From assembly GCA_965223415.1 (NCBI GenBank), contig OZ245002.1, positions 1,696,001-1,760,000 of the forward strand: a stretch of DNA of 64,000 nucleotides, read 5' to 3'. Under the pieces are notes generated by a model, which searched no databases, had not been told where the DNA came from, and worked only from the letters and a program-made list of their open reading frames with translations. Position 1 is the first letter of the stretch. Every line of letters starts with the position of its first letter. The translations under genes and the position numbers were made by a program. Origin of the DNA: Myxococcota bacterium. Its GTDB lineage: Bacteria; Myxococcota_A; UBA9160; UBA6930. Positions 49,447 to 59,109 of this stretch are shown here, in pieces.

Positions 49447-49563
49447 TCAGGAAGTCCTCAGCAAAGCAGGAGGGGAACCCGAAACACGGGGAAGGGGTCT
49501 GGTTAGCGCAGGGCCTGCACCGTCGGCTACGGTGCGGTCCGAGATCCGGGGGGCCAAGGGCGT

Positions 49564-49619
49564 TGAGCCGCTTCCGCATCCTGCCGACGGCCGGGCCGTG
49601 AGCCGGTTCCGCATCCTGC
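49564..49619 (+). repeat. 21-bp direct repeat duplicating the PBP1A start region
   Basis: TGAGCCGCTTCCGCATCCTGC (49564-49584) vs TGAGCCGGTTCCGCATCCTGC (49599-49619), 20/21. Confidence 0.8.
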
Positions 49620-52012
49620 TCGCGGCCGTCGTGCTGCTGGGCGTCGCCGCCGGGGCCGCCGGCAGCGCCTTCTACCTGAAGTTCGTCCGCGATCTGCCGA
49701 GCTTCGAGACCCTGGCGGACTACCGCCCCCCGCTGACCAGCACGGTCGTCGATCGCCACGGCCAGCCCATCGGCGAGTTCTACGAGCACCGGCGCCAGCT
49801 GACGCCTCTGGAGGAGGTGCCGGGTGTCGTCATCGACGCCTTCCTGGCGGCGGAGGACGACACCTTCTTCGAGCACGACGGCGTGGACTACGTGTCCATC
49901 CTGCGTGCGGCCTGGGCGAACCTGCGGGCCGGCGGCGAGACGGTGCAGGGCGCGAGCACCATCACCCAGCAGACCGTGAAGCAGCTGCTGCTGACGCCGG
50001 AGCAGACCTACGAGCGCAAGATCCGCGAGCTGATCCTGGCGCGGCGGATCGAGCAGCGCTTCAGCAAGGACGAGATCCTCTACCTCTACCTGAACCAGAT
50101 CTACTTCGGCGCTGGTGCGTATGGCGTCGGCGAGGCGGCGCGCACCTACTTCGGCAAGGCGATCGGCGAGGTGGACGCGTCGGAGGCGGCGCTGCTGGCC
50201 GGGCTGCCGAAGGCCCCCGGGCGCAACTCGCCCTACCTGAACGCGGAGCGCGCCGAGGAGCGGCGGGTGTACGTGCTGCAGCGCATGCACGAGGAGGGCT
50301 TCCTCGACGCGGAGAGTTTCGGCGCGGCGCTCGCGAGCCCGCCGGCGCTGGCCAACCGTGAGCTGCCGGAAGCCTACGAGGTGGCCTCCTACGTCACCGA
50401 GGACGTGCGACGGTCGCTGGTGGCGGCGCTGGGCAACGACGTGGTGCTGCGCGGTGGGCTGCGGATCGAGACGAGCGTCGATCTCGAGCTGCAGCGGGCG
50501 GCGGTGACCGCCGTGCAGACCGGTCTCGAGGCCCTCGATCGGCGGCGCGGCTACCGCGGGCCGCTCCGGCGCGTCGAGGATCCGGAGAACGCATGGACCG
50601 GGCTCGTCCCGGAAGAGGGAGAGGCGGACGCGCCCCGTCCGGATCGGCTGCAGGCGGTGGTGCTCGAGGTCGAGAAGGGACGCGCCCGGGTGGCCGTGGG
50701 GCCGGACCGGGAGGCGGAGCTTCGCCTGGAGGATCTCACCTGGGCGCGCCGGGAGGATGCACCGCGTCGCGAGGTGAAGGACCTGAACCGGGTGCTGGCC
50801 GTCGGCGACGTGGTGCCGGTGCGAATCGGCGAGGACGGCCAGGCCGTACTCGCCCAGCGTCCCCAGGCCCAGGGCGCGCTGCTCTCCTTCGACGTCGAGA
50901 GCGGTGACGTGCTCGCCATGGTCGGGGGCTACGACTTCGAGGACAGCGAGTTCAACCGTGCGACCCAGGCCAGCCGCCAGCCCGGCTCCGCCTTCAAGCC
51001 GATCGTCTACGCCGCCGCCCTCGGGCGGGGCTATACGCCGGCGTCGATGCTCTACGACCGGCCGGTCGTGATCGAGAGCGAGGGCTTCACCTGGCGTCCC
51101 GAGAACTACGGTCGCAAGTTCCTGGGCCCGATCCTGTTCGGCGAAGCGCTCGCCCGCTCGGTGAACAACGCCACGATCCACCTGCTCCGGGACGTCGGCA
51201 TCGACTACGTGATGGACTTCACGCGGCGGCTCGGGATCGAGGCGGAGCTCGAGCGCAACCTCGGGCTCGCCCTTGGATCCAATCCGGTGACGCTACTCGA
51301 GCTCACGCGGGCCTACGGCGTGTTCGCGGCCGGCGGGCGCCGGGTGGAGCCGCGCCTGATCCACCGGGTGCTGGACCGGGACGGCGTGGTGCTGCTCGAG
51401 GCGGTGCCGCTGGCCCCGGTGCCGGAGGAAGACGAGGCACCGGAGGTGGCGGCCCGCCCGCCGGAGCCCCTGCGACCGGTGCTGCCGGAGCTCGCGGGCA
51501 GCGAAGGGGACGGGGCTCGGCCCGAGGACCAGCTCATTACGCCGCAGCACGCCTACCTGGCGAGCTCGGTGCTGCGTCTGGTGGTCGAGCATCCGCGGGG
51601 AACCGGGCGCCGGGCCGCGAGCCTCGGGCGTCCTCTGGCGGCGAAGACCGGCACGACCAATGATCAGGCCGACGCCTGGTTCGTCGGCTACTCGCCGGAC
51701 GTGGCGACCGGTGTGTGGGTCGGCTTCGACGAGAAGCGGGTGCTAGGCCGCGGCGAGACCGGCAGCCGCGCCGCCGCGCCGATCTGGATCGAGTACATGG
51801 GCACCGCCCTGGCGGAGCGCCCCGTGCGCGACTTCCCCGTGCCCGAGGGCATCGTCTTCGCCCGCATCGACGGATCGAGCGGCCTGCTCGCCTCCAGCGC
51901 CAGCGAGCAGACCGTCTTCCAGGCCTTCGCCGAGGGCACCGAGCCGACCGAACGCGCCGACGCCGCCGTCACCGCCGCAAAGGAACGCCGCCGCCTGCAG
52001 CTCGACTTCTGA
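49598..52012 (+). CDS. mrcA: Class A penicillin-binding protein 1A
   Basis: AEDDTFFEH, GASTITQQ, RKIRE, YLNQIYFG; transpeptidase SAFK, SVN, KTG. Confidence 0.92.
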   Translation: MSRFRILLAAVVLLGVAAGAAGSAFYLKFVRDLPSFETLADYRPPLTSTVVDRHGQPIGEFYEHRRQLTPLEEVPGVVIDAFLAAEDDTFFEHDGVDYVSILRAAWANLRAGGETVQGASTITQQTVKQLLLTPEQTYERKIRELILARRIEQRFSKDEILYLYLNQIYFGAGAYGVGEAARTYFGKAIGEVDASEAALLAGLPKAPGRNSPYLNAERAEERRVYVLQRMHEEGFLDAESFGAALASPPALANRELPEAYEVASYVTEDVRRSLVAALGNDVVLRGGLRIETSVDLELQRAAVTAVQTGLEALDRRRGYRGPLRRVEDPENAWTGLVPEEGEADAPRPDRLQAVVLEVEKGRARVAVGPDREAELRLEDLTWARREDAPRREVKDLNRVLAVGDVVPVRIGEDGQAVLAQRPQAQGALLSFDVESGDVLAMVGGYDFEDSEFNRATQASRQPGSAFKPIVYAAALGRGYTPASMLYDRPVVIESEGFTWRPENYGRKFLGPILFGEALARSVNNATIHLLRDVGIDYVMDFTRRLGIEAELERNLGLALGSNPVTLLELTRAYGVFAAGGRRVEPRLIHRVLDRDGVVLLEAVPLAPVPEEDEAPEVAARPPEPLRPVLPELAGSEGDGARPEDQLITPQHAYLASSVLRLVVEHPRGTGRRAASLGRPLAAKTGTTNDQADAWFVGYSPDVATGVWVGFDEKRVLGRGETGSRAAAPIWIEYMGTALAERPVRDFPVPEGIVFARIDGSSGLLASSASEQTVFQAFAEGTEPTERADAAVTAAKERRRLQLDF

Positions 52013-52036
52013 ACGCAACGCCCGGGTTGCGTTCAG
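52009..52036. repeat. Inverted repeat CTGAACGCAAC-6-GTTGCGTTCAG (family C)
   Basis: Perfect 11-bp arms, each carrying the TGA of one convergent gene. Confidence 0.6.
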
Positions 52037-52716
52037 GAGCGTTCCCCCTGCTGCGTCAGGGCGAGGAGGTCGGCGGGAGTGGAGGCGAGGTGGTGGGCGC
52101 CGGCTTCGCGGAGCTCGGCAGGGCCCCCGATGCCCCAGGTAGCGCCGATGGTGAGCAGGCCGTGGGCCTGGCCCGCTCGGATGTCGAGGTGGCGATCGCC
52201 GACCATCGCGGCGGAGGGCGACTCCGGGCCTCCGCCCAGGGCCGCGAGGGTCCGGCCGACCGTGGCCGTCTTGTCCTCGTGGTGGGTGCCTTCGAGGGGC
52301 GCGCCGACGATCGCCTCGAAGTGGCCGGCGAGCCCCAGGCTCTCAAGGATCGGAACCGCGAAGTCCGCCGGCTTCGAGGTCGCCACGGCCAGCCGATGCC
52401 GCGACGCCAGCGTCTCGAGACACGCCGGAATGCCCTCGAAGGCCGGCGTCTCCCGGGGCGCGACCACGGTGTAGCGCTCCCGGTAGTGGTCGATGGCCGT
52501 GGGGATCGACGCCGGATCGGCGTCCCGGGCCGCCAGCAGGGCGGAGAAGACCTGGTGGAGGGAGACCCCGATCCAGCCGTGCAGGGCGTGCTCGGGCTCC
52601 CGCTCGAGGCCCAGCGCTTCCAGTGCGTGGTTGATGCAGAGGCTGATCGGATGCCGGGAATCGACCAGCACGCCGTCCAGGTCGAAGAGGATCGCCTCGA
52701 GGGGGTGCATTGACAT
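52033..52716 (-). CDS. HAD-family hydrolase (phosphoglycolate phosphatase/nucleotidase-like)
   Basis: FDLDGVLVDS, ATSK, MVGDRHLDI. Confidence 0.9.
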   Translation of the reverse strand: MSMHPLEAILFDLDGVLVDSRHPISLCINHALEALGLEREPEHALHGWIGVSLHQVFSALLAARDADPASIPTAIDHYRERYTVVAPRETPAFEGIPACLETLASRHRLAVATSKPADFAVPILESLGLAGHFEAIVGAPLEGTHHEDKTATVGRTLAALGGGPESPSAAMVGDRHLDIRAGQAHGLLTIGATWGIGGPAELREAGAHHLASTPADLLALTQQGERS

Positions 52717-52844
52717 GACGGCGCCCCGCACGTTAGCAACCGGGGTGGGGGGAACGTCCGATCGAGAGCTCGGCCCGGCCGCCGCTGCTTGCGACGCGCG
52801 AGAACGCGCTGGAGGGCGACCTCCAGACGCTGCTCGGTCGCGCC

Positions 52845-53942
52845 GTGGAGCGCCTCGCCGGCGCGACGCGCTGCACCCGCATCGCCGCCTGGGGACGTGG
52901 CCCGGACGGCGCACCGCAGGTGCTGGCGGCGCGGATCGAGGGCGCGGCGCTGACCGAGCCGCCGCCGGGGGCCCTCGAGGCCGCGACCCGTCTCGCCGGC
53001 GCTTGGGACCTGGGGGCGAGCGACACACCGCCCCCCCTCCAGGCGCTCGCCGATCAGGGCTTCAGCGCCGTAGCGCCAATCCGAACGGCGGAGCACGAGG
53101 GCGCGGTGGGCCTCCTCCTCCTCGGCGGGCCGGCGGAGCCGCTGGGCCGGGTGCGGCCGCGCACCCTGGCCGCCCTCGGCGCGGCGGCCGAAAGGCTTCG
53201 CGGCCCGTTCCTGGCCGCCGCCTCTGCCGCTCGGCTCGCCCGCCTCGACCTGGAGGTCCAACGGCTCGATCGCCTGGCCGCCCTCGGCGGACTGGTCGCC
53301 GAAATCGTCCACGAGATCCGCAATCCGCTGGTCTCCGTGAAGACCTTCCTCCAGCTGCTGCCCGAGCGGGAATCGGATCCGGAGTTCACCGAGAGCTTCC
53401 TGGCGGTGGCCCGCGAGGAGCTGCAACGCATCGAGCGGCTCCTGGGCGTCGTCCTCCAGCACGGCCGCCCGCCGCGGGCGGACCGGGCGCCGGCCCGCGG
53501 CGATCTGGCCGAGGCCCTGGAGAGCGTGACCCAGCTGGTGCGCTTCCGGGCCGACGACCAGGAGCTCACCCTGGAGGCCGAGCTCCCGGGCCGCCTGCCG
53601 CCCGTCACCCTCGGCCCCGACGCGCTCCGCCAGGTGCTGCTGAACCTCGCGCTGAACGCCATCGAGGCCTCCCCGCGCTCCGGCACCGTTCGGGTCACCG
53701 CCGCGCGCTCCGGAGGGCGCCTGCGCATCCGCGTGGAGGACGAGGGGGATGGCATCCCGCCGGCGTTGCGCCCGCACCTGTTCACCCCGTTCTTCTCCAC
53801 CAAGACGGAGCGCCCCGGCGGCCTCGGGCTGGCGATCACGGCCCGCATCCTGGAGGAGGCCGGCGGCGGCATCCGGGCCGCCGATCGACCTGGCGGCGGG
53901 ACACGGATGGAGGTGACGCTCCCGCTGGCTCCGAGGCGCTAG
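52845..53942 (+). CDS. Cytoplasmic sensor histidine kinase
   Basis: VHEIRNPL, NLALNAIEA, DEGDGI, FTPFFSTK, GLGL; start uncertain. Confidence 0.88.
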   Translation: MERLAGATRCTRIAAWGRGPDGAPQVLAARIEGAALTEPPPGALEAATRLAGAWDLGASDTPPPLQALADQGFSAVAPIRTAEHEGAVGLLLLGGPAEPLGRVRPRTLAALGAAAERLRGPFLAAASAARLARLDLEVQRLDRLAALGGLVAEIVHEIRNPLVSVKTFLQLLPERESDPEFTESFLAVAREELQRIERLLGVVLQHGRPPRADRAPARGDLAEALESVTQLVRFRADDQELTLEAELPGRLPPVTLGPDALRQVLLNLALNAIEASPRSGTVRVTAARSGGRLRIRVEDEGDGIPPALRPHLFTPFFSTKTERPGGLGLAITARILEEAGGGIRAADRPGGGTRMEVTLPLAPRR

Positions 53943-54571
53943 TCGCCCAGCCAGCCCGCCGCGCAGCGCGCCAGCTCGGCAAGACCCGTGGCGAAGAAGT
54001 GATCCGTCTCGGGGATCACCTTCAGCTCCACCTGGGGGACCGAAGCGAAGGCGGCCTCCAGCTCGGCGGCCGGCGCCAGGTGATCGAGGGCACCGGTCAG
54101 CACCAGCACGGGCATTCCGGAGGCAGCGACGGCCCCCGGCTCGACGAGGGCCGGCGGCGGCGCCACCAGGATCAGCCGCTCCACCCGCGGGTGGGCCGCC
54201 GCGACCCGCACCGCCGCCGCGGAGCCGAAGGAGTAGCCGCAGGCCGTCAGCTTGCCGGGCACGGTCTCGGCCAGGTGCTCGAGGGCGGAGCCGTAGTCGA
54301 TGTCCGCGTCGGCGGCGTCCCCGCTCGGCCTACCGGAGCTGGCTCCGACTCCCCGCCAGTTGAAGCGAACCGTATCGAGGCCGGCCTTGAAGCAGGCGTA
54401 GGCCACCTCGTTCACTACCGGGGAGTCCATACTGCCGCCGTAGAGGGGGTGCGGCGGCGCCACCACCGCGCCCTTGGCCGCGTCCGGTCCGGCAGCGACG
54501 TAGATCGCCTCGAGGCTCTCCTCCGGCGCATCCCCGCGGGCCACCACCACCGCCTTCTCGACCCACTTCAT
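53939..54571 (-). CDS. Alpha/beta-fold hydrolase
   Basis: PHPLYGGSM, RFNWRGVG, GYSFG, D and DHFF. Confidence 0.88.
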   Translation of the reverse strand: MKWVEKAVVVARGDAPEESLEAIYVAAGPDAAKGAVVAPPHPLYGGSMDSPVVNEVAYACFKAGLDTVRFNWRGVGASSGRPSGDAADADIDYGSALEHLAETVPGKLTACGYSFGSAAAVRVAAAHPRVERLILVAPPPALVEPGAVAASGMPVLVLTGALDHLAPAAELEAAFASVPQVELKVIPETDHFFATGLAELARCAAGWLGD

Positions 54572-54671
54572 GGGCGGGAGAATGGGCGACGGCGGCCCCA
54601 GCGGCCAGTAGGGTGCTGAGCGCACCTATCTTCCGGGGGTCGTCGTTCGTCTTGTTTCTCGAGGAGACCCC

Positions 54672-55658
54672 ATGGCCGAGATCCCCGAACCGAGCGACCT
54701 GCGAAACGACCTGCACGCGAGCTGGGAGGCCTATCTGGATCTGCTGGTGCCGATCCGTCCCGACCTCTACGCCTACTGCCGGCGGCTCACCGCCAGCGTC
54801 TGGGATGCGGAGGACCTGGTGCAGGACACTCTCCTGCGGGGCTTCGGGCACCTGGGGTTCCTCGGCCAGGAGGTCGGCAGCGTGCGCGCCTACATGCTGC
54901 GCGCCGCATCCAACGCCTGGATCGACCGGCAGCGTCGGCGGGCTACGGAGGCCCGGATTCCCGACGATCGCCTCCCGACCCCGGATGCGGTGGCGCGACC
55001 GGACCAGCGCACCGCAGTGCGCGATGCCGGCGCCAGGCTCCTGCATCGGCTCGCGCCGCAGGAGCGGGCCGCGATCGTCCTGAAGGAGGCCTTCGAGCTC
55101 CCGATCCGCGAGATCGCCGAGATCCTCGCCACGACGGAGGGCGCCGTGAAGAACGCGCTACACCGGGGACGCGATCGCCTTCGAGCGCCCGACGATGCGC
55201 AGGAGCGCCGCCCGGCTCCTCCGGACGCACTGGTCGATCGCTTCATCGAGCTCTGGGAAGCGAGAGACGTGGGCGGACTCGTCGACCTGCTGGCCCCCGG
55301 CGGCTCGGCCGAGAACGTGGGCTTCGGTCTCCAGTACGGGCGCGACGCCTTCGAAGGAACCGAGAACTTCCTCTACAAGGCGGTGCATGGCCACGAGGAG
55401 TGGCCCGAGTGGTTCCAGCCGGAGTCGGTGCGCCTGGCTCCGGGCCGCTTCGAGGGCGTCCCTATCGTGCTCTGCTTCGCGACCCGGAGCGGAGAGGAGG
55501 CCCTCGAACAGGTGCTGCGCCTCGATGGCGTCGACGGGCGGATCGCGCGCCTGCGGGGCTACGGTTTCTGCCCCGAGACCATGCGGGAGGTCGGCGCCGC
55601 CCTCGGCTTGGAGGTGCGGACGGGCCTGTACCGCGTTCCCAGCTTCGACGCGCCCTGA
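54672..55658 (+). CDS. ECF sigma factor with a SnoaL-like C-terminal extension
   Basis: DAEDLVQDT, ERAAIVLKE...EIAEIL...AVKNALHRGR; extension LVDRFIELWEARDVGGLVDLL. Confidence 0.88.
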   Translation: MAEIPEPSDLRNDLHASWEAYLDLLVPIRPDLYAYCRRLTASVWDAEDLVQDTLLRGFGHLGFLGQEVGSVRAYMLRAASNAWIDRQRRRATEARIPDDRLPTPDAVARPDQRTAVRDAGARLLHRLAPQERAAIVLKEAFELPIREIAEILATTEGAVKNALHRGRDRLRAPDDAQERRPAPPDALVDRFIELWEARDVGGLVDLLAPGGSAENVGFGLQYGRDAFEGTENFLYKAVHGHEEWPEWFQPESVRLAPGRFEGVPIVLCFATRSGEEALEQVLRLDGVDGRIARLRGYGFCPETMREVGAALGLEVRTGLYRVPSFDAP

Positions 55659-55679
55659 TCCGGGCCGGGCAGAGCAGCC

Positions 55680-56027
55680 ATGCAGTACCTGATCACGATG
55701 ACCGACATCGAGGGCACCTGGGACGCGCTGACCCCGGAAGAGCAGGAGCGCGTGCTGGAACGCCACGACGAGTTCCGGGCGGCGCTGGAAGCGGAGGGCC
55801 GCTTCGTCCTCTCCCTGCACCTCCGTCCGCGCGAGGAAGCGAGAACCGTGCGCAGGGATGCCGCGGGCGCCTTCACCCGCGAGGAGGGCCCGTTCTCGCG
55901 GGCACCGGAAGGTGCGGGCGGCTTTTGCGTGATCGAGGCGGAGTCGATGGACGAAGCCCTCACGTGGGCGGAGCGCGGCCGCTTCATCGAGGGTGCGAAC
56001 GAGGTCCGGCCGATCCACGACGAGTGA
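55680..56027 (+). CDS. YciI/DGPF-family protein
   Basis: ARTVR, EGPF, GGFCVIEAESMDEA, EVRPI. Confidence 0.85.
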   Translation: MQYLITMTDIEGTWDALTPEEQERVLERHDEFRAALEAEGRFVLSLHLRPREEARTVRRDAAGAFTREEGPFSRAPEGAGGFCVIEAESMDEALTWAERGRFIEGANEVRPIHDE

Positions 56028-56062
56028 GCACAGGCGGAGGATTGGCTCTAGATTCGTCGCCC

Positions 56063-56701
56063 ATGCCCCGCGAGAGCGCCGCCGATCGCAAGAAGCGGGC
56101 CGGCCGGATCGGCCGCAAGCTGGCCCGCGCCTATCCGGACGCCGAGTGCGCGCTCCACCACGAGAACGCCTTCCAGCTGCTGATCGCGACGATCCTGTCG
56201 GCCCAGTGCACGGACCACATGGTGAACCAGGTGACGGCCGGGCTGTTCCCGAAGTACGGCACGCCGGTGGCGCTGGCGGACGCGGATCCGGCGGAGATCG
56301 AGACGCTGATCCGTCGCACGGGCTTCTACCGGCAGAAGACGAAGTCGATCCAGTCGGCGTCGCGGGACCTGTGCGAGAAGTTCGACGGCGAGGTGCCGCG
56401 CACCCTCGAGGAGCTGGTCACCCTGCGCGGCGTCGCGCGAAAGACGGCCAACGTGGTGCTGGGCAACTGCTTCGGCGTGCCGGGGCTCACCGTCGATACC
56501 CACATGAAGCGGGTGAACCGTCGGCTGGGCCTCACCCGGGAGGAGGATCCGGTGAAGATCGAGCGCGACCTCATGGCGCTCATCCCCGAGAAGGAATGGA
56601 CCGTCTACTCCCATCGGGTGATCACCCACGGGCGGGAGTGCTGCGACGCGAGGCGCCCCCAGTGCACGGCCTGCCCGCTGCGCGAGGAGTGCCCCCATTG
56701 A
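56063..56701 (+). CDS. nth: Endonuclease III
   Basis: LIATILSAQCTD, GVARKTANVV, VDTH, C-x6-C-x2-C-x5-C. Confidence 0.95.
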   Translation: MPRESAADRKKRAGRIGRKLARAYPDAECALHHENAFQLLIATILSAQCTDHMVNQVTAGLFPKYGTPVALADADPAEIETLIRRTGFYRQKTKSIQSASRDLCEKFDGEVPRTLEELVTLRGVARKTANVVLGNCFGVPGLTVDTHMKRVNRRLGLTREEDPVKIERDLMALIPEKEWTVYSHRVITHGRECCDARRPQCTACPLREECPH

Positions 56702-57213
56702 GCCGCATCGTGTACGAGGGACGATCGATCACCGTGCGGATGGAGGAGGCCCACCTCCCCGGCGGCCGCACGGTGGAGCTGGACGTGGTGCGGCATCCGG
56801 GCGCCTCGGCGGTCGTGCCCTTCGAGAGTGAGGACGTGGTGCTGCTGATCCACCAGTACCGGCACTGCGCCGACGGCATGATCTGGGAGGTGCCGGCGGG
56901 CAAGCTCGACGGCGACACGCCGGAGGTGTGTGCCGCGAAGGAGCTGGAGGAGGAGGCGGGACGCCGCGCGGGACGGTTCGAGAAGCTCGGCTCCGTGTGG
57001 ACGACGCCGGGCTTCACCGACGAGGTGATCCACCTGTTCGCGGCCTTCGACCTGGAGGAGGTGCCGGCGCGGCCCGAGGACGACGAGGTGATCGAGGTCG
57101 TCCCGACCCCGCTCGGCCGCGCCCTCGAGATGGTCTGGAACGGCGAGCTGCGCGACGGCAAGAGCGCCCTCGCGCTCCTCCACGCCGCGCGGCGCCTGGG
57201 AAGGCTGGCTTGA
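56698..57213 (+). CDS. NUDIX hydrolase (ADP-ribose pyrophosphatase-like)
   Basis: HPGA, QYR, EVPAG...AAKELEEEAG, PGFTDE, DGKS. Confidence 0.9.
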   Translation: MSRIVYEGRSITVRMEEAHLPGGRTVELDVVRHPGASAVVPFESEDVVLLIHQYRHCADGMIWEVPAGKLDGDTPEVCAAKELEEEAGRRAGRFEKLGSVWTTPGFTDEVIHLFAAFDLEEVPARPEDDEVIEVVPTPLGRALEMVWNGELRDGKSALALLHAARRLGRLA

Positions 57214-58193
57214 GCCAGGGCGCTTCGGGCCTGGGCCTGGTGCTGGCCTGGCAACACCAGCCGTGGGAGACGCTGCTCGAGCTGGTGCGCCACGCAGAGG
57301 CCTGTCGCTACGACGTGGTGTACGTCGACGGCGACGTCAGCATGATCCCGAGCCGCGGTGACGGAGACGTGCTGGACGGCGCCAGCCTTACGACGGCGCT
57401 GCTCGCTTCGACGACACGCATTGGTGTCGGATCGATCCGGCTCGTCCACTTCTGGAGCCCGGCGCGCCTGGCCCAGTGGGCGGCGACCCAGGAGCGGATC
57501 TTCCCGGGCCGGCTGCACCTGCTGCTCGGAATCGGCGGCCAGCCGAGCGACCGGCGCTTCGGCCTGCCCTGGGCGCCGCCGGCGGAGCGCGCGGCGTGGC
57601 TGGAAGAGACCATCACCGCCTGCCGCGCCCTGTGGCGCGGGGAAGAGGTGAGCACCGCGGGCCCATGGGCTCGCTTGGACCGGGCGCGGGTGCGTCCGGT
57701 CCTGCCGGAAGGCCGCCCGGTGCTCGAGATCGGCTGCGGCGCTGGCTCGCCGGTGCTGCCCCTCGTGGCCCGGTTCGCGGACCGCTGGGACCTGAACGTG
57801 CCGCCGACACCGCAGCGGATCGCGGCGGCCCTGGCGGCGCTGGAGGCGGCCTGCGCGCGGGAGGAACGGGATGCGGCGTCGATCGGCCGGCAGCTCTGGA
57901 TCATGACGCGGCCCCAGGGGGGCGGCAGCTCCTGGAGGCCCGAGGCGCTGCGGCAGGCCTTCCGACGCTGGTACCCGTGGTTCTCGTGGCTGCCCGACGC
58001 AGAGGTTCCGGACGCGATCGTCGCCGGGAGCCCGGAGGCGTGCCGCGAGCGGCTGGCCCGGCTGCGCGAGGCGGGCATCGATCGACCGCTTCTCGATCTC
58101 AGCGGGCTCGATCGTGACGCAGCGCATCAGACGATTGACGCGCTCGCCCCCCGCGCCGAAAGCTTTGTTGACCCGCGGAGTTACACGCCGTAG
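57210..58193 (+). CDS. LLM-class flavin-dependent oxidoreductase
   Basis: TTRIGVG, GRLHLLLGIG, ARFADRW, AGSPEAC. Confidence 0.8.
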   Translation: MSQGASGLGLVLAWQHQPWETLLELVRHAEACRYDVVYVDGDVSMIPSRGDGDVLDGASLTTALLASTTRIGVGSIRLVHFWSPARLAQWAATQERIFPGRLHLLLGIGGQPSDRRFGLPWAPPAERAAWLEETITACRALWRGEEVSTAGPWARLDRARVRPVLPEGRPVLEIGCGAGSPVLPLVARFADRWDLNVPPTPQRIAAALAALEAACAREERDAASIGRQLWIMTRPQGGGSSWRPEALRQAFRRWYPWFSWLPDAEVPDAIVAGSPEACRERLARLREAGIDRPLLDLSGLDRDAAHQTIDALAPRAESFVDPRSYTP

Positions 58194-58196
58194 TCT
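58168..58196 (+). promoter_or_regulatory. Sigma70-type promoter for rhomboid-sirtuin-DUF4097
   Basis: TTGACC-17 bp-TAGTCT. Confidence 0.6.
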
Positions 58197-58352
58197 GGCT
58201 CGAGAACGCGGGAATCGCGCCCTCCCGCCTGTCTTCGCCGCTCTTCGGGGTTGCGGGGGGTCACACTGGGGGTGGCCCGTCGCGCCGAAGCGCGGCAAAC
58301 ACCCCGCGGTGTCACATCGAGTGGCACACCGAATGGGGGAGGCAAGCGAGCT

Positions 58353-59108
58353 TTGCAGGGACGCGGCTACCAGGTGGGCTTCGGCCCGCCCCACACACCC
58401 GACATCATCAAGTACCTGATGATCGCGAACGTCGGGGTGTACATCCTGCAGCACCTGACGTCGAACCCCGGTGAGTACGGGCTGATCGACCGGCTCTTCG
58501 CGGTCTGGCCCCAGCTCGTCTGGCAGGGCGGCTACTTCTGGCAGCCGGCCACCTACATGTGGCTGCACTCGACCGCGAGCGTGTTCCACCTGCTGTTCAA
58601 CATGTTCGCCTTGTGGATGTTCGGCTCGCCGGTGGCGAGCTACTGGGGCGACCGGCGCTTCCTGCGCTTCTACCTCGTGTGCGGCATCGGCGCCGGGTTG
58701 ATCATCGCTGCCTGGCCTGCGCTGCTGGTCCTGTTCGGGAGTCACCCGGCGGCGTACACGATCCCGACCCTCGGCGCTTCCGGCGCCGTGTTCGGCGTGC
58801 TGCTGGCCTACTCGCTCACCTGGCCGGATCGCACGATCATGCTGCTCTTCCCGCCGATCCCGATCAAGGCGATCTGGTTCATCCCGTTCCTCTTCTTCAT
58901 GGAGTTCTTCAGCAGCGCCAACGTGAGCCACGTGGGCCACCTCGGCGGCGTGCTCGTCGGCTGGATCCTCCTCCAGCGGATGGGCGTGGGTGGACGCTTC
59001 GGCCTCGGCCAGATCAAGTACCGCTACCGACGCTGGAAGATGCGCCGCAACCTCCGCGCGGTGCAGAGCGAGGAGCGCCGGCGCGACGACCACAGGACGT
59101 TCCACTGA
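58353..59108 (+). CDS. Rhomboid intramembrane serine protease
   Basis: HLLFNM, GASGAVFG, HVGHLGG; GGAGG about 10 nt before TTG 58353. Confidence 0.9.
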   Translation: MQGRGYQVGFGPPHTPDIIKYLMIANVGVYILQHLTSNPGEYGLIDRLFAVWPQLVWQGGYFWQPATYMWLHSTASVFHLLFNMFALWMFGSPVASYWGDRRFLRFYLVCGIGAGLIIAAWPALLVLFGSHPAAYTIPTLGASGAVFGVLLAYSLTWPDRTIMLLFPPIPIKAIWFIPFLFFMEFFSSANVSHVGHLGGVLVGWILLQRMGVGGRFGLGQIKYRYRRWKMRRNLRAVQSEERRRDDHRTFH

Positions 59109-59109
59109 T

